Of a stretch of 64,000 bases of DNA, positions 60,588 through 64,000 are shown in pieces. The notes under the pieces are model-generated. The model did not search any database. It was not told the origin of the DNA and worked only from the letters and a program-made list of their open reading frames with translations. Numbering within the stretch: the stretch's first letter is position 1; each line of letters starts with the position of its first letter. Source of the stretch: Calditrichia bacterium (GTDB lineage Bacteria > Calditrichota > Calditrichia > RBG-13-44-9 > J075). Position numbers and translations under genes: made by a program. The stretch is taken from the NCBI GenBank assembly GCA_050633245.1, contig JBOEGD010000030.1, positions 64,001-128,000 of the forward strand, in the 5' to 3' direction.

Positions 60588-61100
60588 ATGGAGAAAAGCA
60601 TGCCCCGACATGTCCATTATCGAAGCGGACTTACAATCCTTGCGATCATTTTTTTTGTGCTATCTTGTCAGACATCCCACTCTTCTTCAATTGCCGAGGA
60701 AAAAGAGCAAATATTAAAATTGCACCACGCTCAAAGGGACTATCACTTCAAAAAAGATTCCGTTGCCTTCGCCAATCAACTCTCAGACAATTTTATTTCT
60801 GTGAACAGAGGCGTAATTACCACACCAAAACGAGAAGAAACCATTGCACGATATAATGGCTACTTCTCGGCAGTTGAGTTCTTGAAATGGGATGATGTAT
60901 CCGACCCGATTATCCGATTTTCAGATGACGGTAGTATGGCCTATACAATCGTCGATAAAATTGTCGCCACAACAAGTCCAGATGAACAGGGCAATAATAT
61001 AGAGGGGTCAACTCATTTCGCCTGGACTGCCATTTACCGCAAGCATAATGGCGCTTGGAAAATTGATTGTGTTACATCGACCAATAAACCGATTGAGTAA
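60588..61100 (+). CDS. NTF2-fold (DUF4440-like) lipoprotein
   Basis: Lipobox VLSC; WTAIYRKHNGAWKI. Confidence 0.75.
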   Translation: MEKSMPRHVHYRSGLTILAIIFFVLSCQTSHSSSIAEEKEQILKLHHAQRDYHFKKDSVAFANQLSDNFISVNRGVITTPKREETIARYNGYFSAVEFLKWDDVSDPIIRFSDDGSMAYTIVDKIVATTSPDEQGNNIEGSTHFAWTAIYRKHNGAWKIDCVTSTNKPIE

Positions 61101-61248
61101 ACCATTCATTAAAGATGCTTGGCAGGAACAATTTCGTATTGCCCTCAACAGGATACGGATCTATATTTCATGCATCATTACAAGAACAACCGACACATTT
61201 TTCCATCGAAGCATTACGCATTTCTAAACTCAAGAGTTGGAGAGAACT

Positions 61249-61944
61249 ATGAGCATAAGATCAATTATCCAAACACCGGCAAACGATCTAAGCAAAAGCC
61301 TTGAATTTTATACCAAGCTAAAATTCAGTATCGTTTCCGAAAAAGATCCGGTTATCGTCTCCGATGGAAAAGCCTTTATTGAAATTACCACTAATAAATT
61401 TACCCGGGCCGGGATAAAACTACTTAGCCCAAGCTGGGAGCGTATAGTGCCTGAGATTGAAAAGCTGACCAGTGTTATAAAAATTGACACGGGTTATCTT
61501 CTGAGCGATACGTCCGGCATGTGGATCTATCTTATTGAACACCCGGACGAGTTTGACCTCAAGCCATCAGAGTCTTCAACTTCAGTACTGGGTAACTATG
61601 CCGGTATTAGCTTGGAAACCGTCGATATCGAAAAGTCGATTGAGGTTTTTACTCTTCTTGGCTTTATGAAAACTGCCGGCGATGCCGATCAGGGTTGGCT
61701 TACGCTAAAAAACGATGACGATCTTGGCATTAGCGTTATGAAGCCCAATTTCTGTCCACATTTATTCACCAACCCTTCGTTAACCTACTTTAACGGCGGC
61801 AAGAACGAACCGGTCATTCAAAACATCAGAGATTTGAATATTCCTATCACGGAAGAAATTACCCACTTCAACGATGCTGGAATCGTAGACAATGTGATCA
61901 TAAAAGATCCTGGTGGATTCGGGTTCTTTATTTTTAATGATTAG
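61249..61944 (+). CDS. Hypothetical tandem VOC-like protein
   Basis: DL.KSLEFY..L.F-like motif twice; DPGG.GFFIF; GGAG RBS before ATG 61249. Confidence 0.7.
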   Translation: MSIRSIIQTPANDLSKSLEFYTKLKFSIVSEKDPVIVSDGKAFIEITTNKFTRAGIKLLSPSWERIVPEIEKLTSVIKIDTGYLLSDTSGMWIYLIEHPDEFDLKPSESSTSVLGNYAGISLETVDIEKSIEVFTLLGFMKTAGDADQGWLTLKNDDDLGISVMKPNFCPHLFTNPSLTYFNGGKNEPVIQNIRDLNIPITEEITHFNDAGIVDNVIIKDPGGFGFFIFND

Positions 61945-61959
61945 AATCGGGAGTCGGGA

Positions 61960-62406
61960 TCAGTTTTTCTCCAAAAAGCTTTTCAGATGGGTGGCAATAT
62001 AGCTGCCCCACGTTCTTGAACAAACGTCGTAACAGATAAAATCCGGGACCAGACCCTCGTGGTAGAAGCTTACTTCTACAGTTTCAGCATCCATTCGCTT
62101 TACATCCCAATGCTGCTTGGTTCCCACCCATTCCTTCTCGACCCCCTGCAAACCAGAAATAATTTGCCTCGAGTCGATACATTCCCAGCTTATTTTTTCA
62201 TCCGGCTTAAAGTCGATTACTTTAAATCGGTACCATGGTTCTCCCCAGGAAACGGTAAATTCATCGCTTAACCCGCTTACAGGCCTGTCCGTTTTTCCCC
62301 ACCAGCTATCGATATGTTTGGTTAGTCCCTCAAAAACTGAGCGCTGATTCGCCTTTATGATAACGGATGTTTTGTAGCCCAGCTGCTTACTTTCAAGTGT
62401 AGCCAT
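61960..62406 (-). CDS. SRPBCC/AHSA1-like protein
   Basis: VFEGLT..WWG, ISWEC, EWVGT, HEGLVP...CY.VC..TW. Confidence 0.82.
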   Translation of the reverse strand: MATLESKQLGYKTSVIIKANQRSVFEGLTKHIDSWWGKTDRPVSGLSDEFTVSWGEPWYRFKVIDFKPDEKISWECIDSRQIISGLQGVEKEWVGTKQHWDVKRMDAETVEVSFYHEGLVPDFICYDVCSRTWGSYIATHLKSFLEKN

Positions 62407-62417
62407 TTTGCCTATCC

Positions 62418-62481
62418 TTTCTGGTTGCAAATTTAAAGCAGTTGCAATTTAGGCCATCTGATTGTATTTTGCAACCAGAAA
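62418..62481. promoter_or_regulatory. Candidate operator of the divergent HxlR regulator
   Basis: 14-bp perfect inverted repeat tttctggttgcaaa / tttgcaaccagaaa with a third GTTGCAA between. Confidence 0.55.
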
Positions 62482-62511
62482 TACTAAAACCACTAATTCG
62501 ACGGAATACCA

Positions 62512-62928
62512 ATGAAAAAACCCAGGTCCAACTGTCCGCAAAATCTAATTCTGGAAGTTATAGGAGATCGCTGGACGCTGCTGATTATCCGCGATATGAT
62601 TATTAACGGAAAGCACTACTTTCGCGAATTTATGAAGTCCGATGAAAAAATCGCATCAAACATTCTGGCTGCCAGATTAAAAATGTTGGAAGAAGAAGGC
62701 ATTATCCACCAACAGGATGACCCACAGCATAAACAAAAGATACGCTACTCACTGACGCAGAAAGGTATCGATCTCTTTCCCATTTTGATGGAAAATGCAC
62801 GCTGGAGCCTGAAATACAAAGCCGTTGATCCGGCAGATGCACAAATCGCCCAACAGATTCTGGATGCTGGGCCAAGCGCCATTCAGTCCATAATGGAGAA
62901 TCTCGCCAAAGAACATCTTAATTCGTAG
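62512..62928 (+). CDS. HxlR-family winged-HTH regulator
   Basis: RSNCP..LEVIGDRWTLLIIRD, IASNILAARLK.LE, YSLTQKG. Confidence 0.92.
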   Translation: MKKPRSNCPQNLILEVIGDRWTLLIIRDMIINGKHYFREFMKSDEKIASNILAARLKMLEEEGIIHQQDDPQHKQKIRYSLTQKGIDLFPILMENARWSLKYKAVDPADAQIAQQILDAGPSAIQSIMENLAKEHLNS

Positions 62929-62940
62929 CGACGCGCAATC

Positions 62941-62978
62941 GTGTAGTAGAGGCGCAAAATCGTGAGCCTCTACTACAC
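62941..62978. repeat. GTAG-type REP palindrome
   Basis: gtgtagtagaggc-gcaaaatcgtga-gcctctactacac. Confidence 0.7.
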
Positions 62979-63111
62979 ATCATTTCTGATTGTTCTTTAG
63001 CATATCACACCATATATTCAATCTATTCCTTACTACTCTCCCCGCTTTTCTCAACGTGCAATGATATATCGCCTAATTCATTCACTGAGAATTAAACAAG
63101 AGGAATCGCAA

Positions 63112-64000
63112 ATGAAGATCGCCCCTTTTAACCGTCTTACATTATTCTTAACTCTCTTACTCGCCAGTTTACTAATGAATTGTCAGCGCCAGTCTATCGA
63201 TGCATCGAATTATCATGCCGACATGCTGAATGATTGGAATAAGAAAGTTATGGAAATCGCCATCACAGAAGATAAACTGCTCACGATGAAAGGTGTTCGC
63301 ACGGAAGCATTGATGCATATCGCCATTCACGATGCATTAAATTCCATAAAGCCGATGTATTCTCCCTATTCTTATTCAGAACCTTCTACAAATGCAAACC
63401 CAATTGCGGCGACAGCACAAGCAGCCTATGACATAGCAATTAGTCAATATCCCGATAAACAAAAGGACTTCGAAAAGGAGTTGAACAAGTGGCTGATTAC
63501 AGTCGATGAAGGAACAGCAAAGACGGCTGGAATTGCATTGGGAAGTGCCAGTGCAGCCAGCATTCTAGCCAAGCGCAGCAATGACAAATGGAATGGCGAG
63601 GCCGATTATACCTGGCATCCTATGGCACCGGGCGTCTATGCCGAGTTTAATGAGCATAGCGGGACACCGGAAGGGTTCATTTTTGGTGCCGGCTGGGCAG
63701 CGGCGAAACCTTTTGTTTTGCCAAGTCAGGATCATTTCCGCTCACCTGCGCCTCCCGAAATAAACAGTGCCGATTATACCTCAGCATTTAATGAAGTAAA
63801 AGAATTTGGAAGTACCAAAAGCACAGTACGCACAGACGATCAGGCACACCTGGCAATGTGGTGGAAAGATTTTGTTGAGAGTTCACATAACCGGTTGGCA
63901 AGAGAACTCGTGGTAAAGGAAAAGTTAAACCTCTGGCAAGCAGCGAGAGTTTTCGCCTTATTGAACATGACAACCTGCGATGCCTATATTAACGTTTTTA
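63112..64000 (+). CDS. Vanadium-dependent haloperoxidase/PAP2-like lipoprotein, runs off the window (missing from the ORF track)
   Basis: GAGGA RBS; open to window end; lipobox-like LMNC; DWN..RTEALMHIAIHDALNSI, FRSPAPPEINSADY..AFNEVKEFG..RTDDQ..A.WW. Confidence 0.8.
   Translation, partial: MKIAPFNRLTLFLTLLLASLLMNCQRQSIDASNYHADMLNDWNKKVMEIAITEDKLLTMKGVRTEALMHIAIHDALNSIKPMYSPYSYSEPSTNANPIAATAQAAYDIAISQYPDKQKDFEKELNKWLITVDEGTAKTAGIALGSASAASILAKRSNDKWNGEADYTWHPMAPGVYAEFNEHSGTPEGFIFGAGWAAAKPFVLPSQDHFRSPAPPEINSADYTSAFNEVKEFGSTKSTVRTDDQAHLAMWWKDFVESSHNRLARELVVKEKLNLWQAARVFALLNMTTCDAYINVF

Noticed and set aside
51717-64000. Integron cassette array
   Set aside because: Many small co-oriented genes, but no recurring attC (RYYYAAC...GTTRRRY) structure and no integrase seen

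Overview
Chromosomal window from an FCB-group bacterium. Three secreted proteins end in the NYPNPFNP-type C-terminal sorting domain and genes use AGGAG ribosome-binding sites, which suggests Calditrichota or a relative rather than Bacteroidota (inference). Housekeeping genes (serS, plsC, upp, aceA, ribA, gcvP, phrB, holB-ricT-metG, dut, fabF, exbBD) alternate with accessory genes. I saw no tRNA, rRNA, CRISPR array, transposase or integrase. Main signals the ORF track does not explain: (1) two minus-strand ORFs at 32625-33695 are one gene with an in-frame TGA in a thioredoxin W-U-G-P-C motif, followed by a SECIS-like hairpin, i.e. a probable selenoprotein lipoprotein with TPRs; (2) a candidate sigma-54 trans-envelope module (lipoprotein, GAF-AAA+ activator, membrane Ser/Thr kinase, exported protein) sits beside two secreted-protein genes, each preceded by the same non-canonical -24/-12 promoter and a 21-bp-spaced TGCA-N5-TGCA pair; (3) a candidate sRNA at about 6.3-6.45 kb is perfectly complementary over 22 nt to the leader of the largest secreted gene and nearly complementary to a second candidate RNA at 15.5 kb; (4) a 56-aa Cys-rich metallothionein-like lipoprotein; (5) a leader-peptide attenuator before a dehydratase/cyclodeaminase/aminotransferase operon; (6) a CarH-like B12 regulator with candidate operators at its own gene and at the photolyase. 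All calls are from reading by eye; no searches or folding programs were run.
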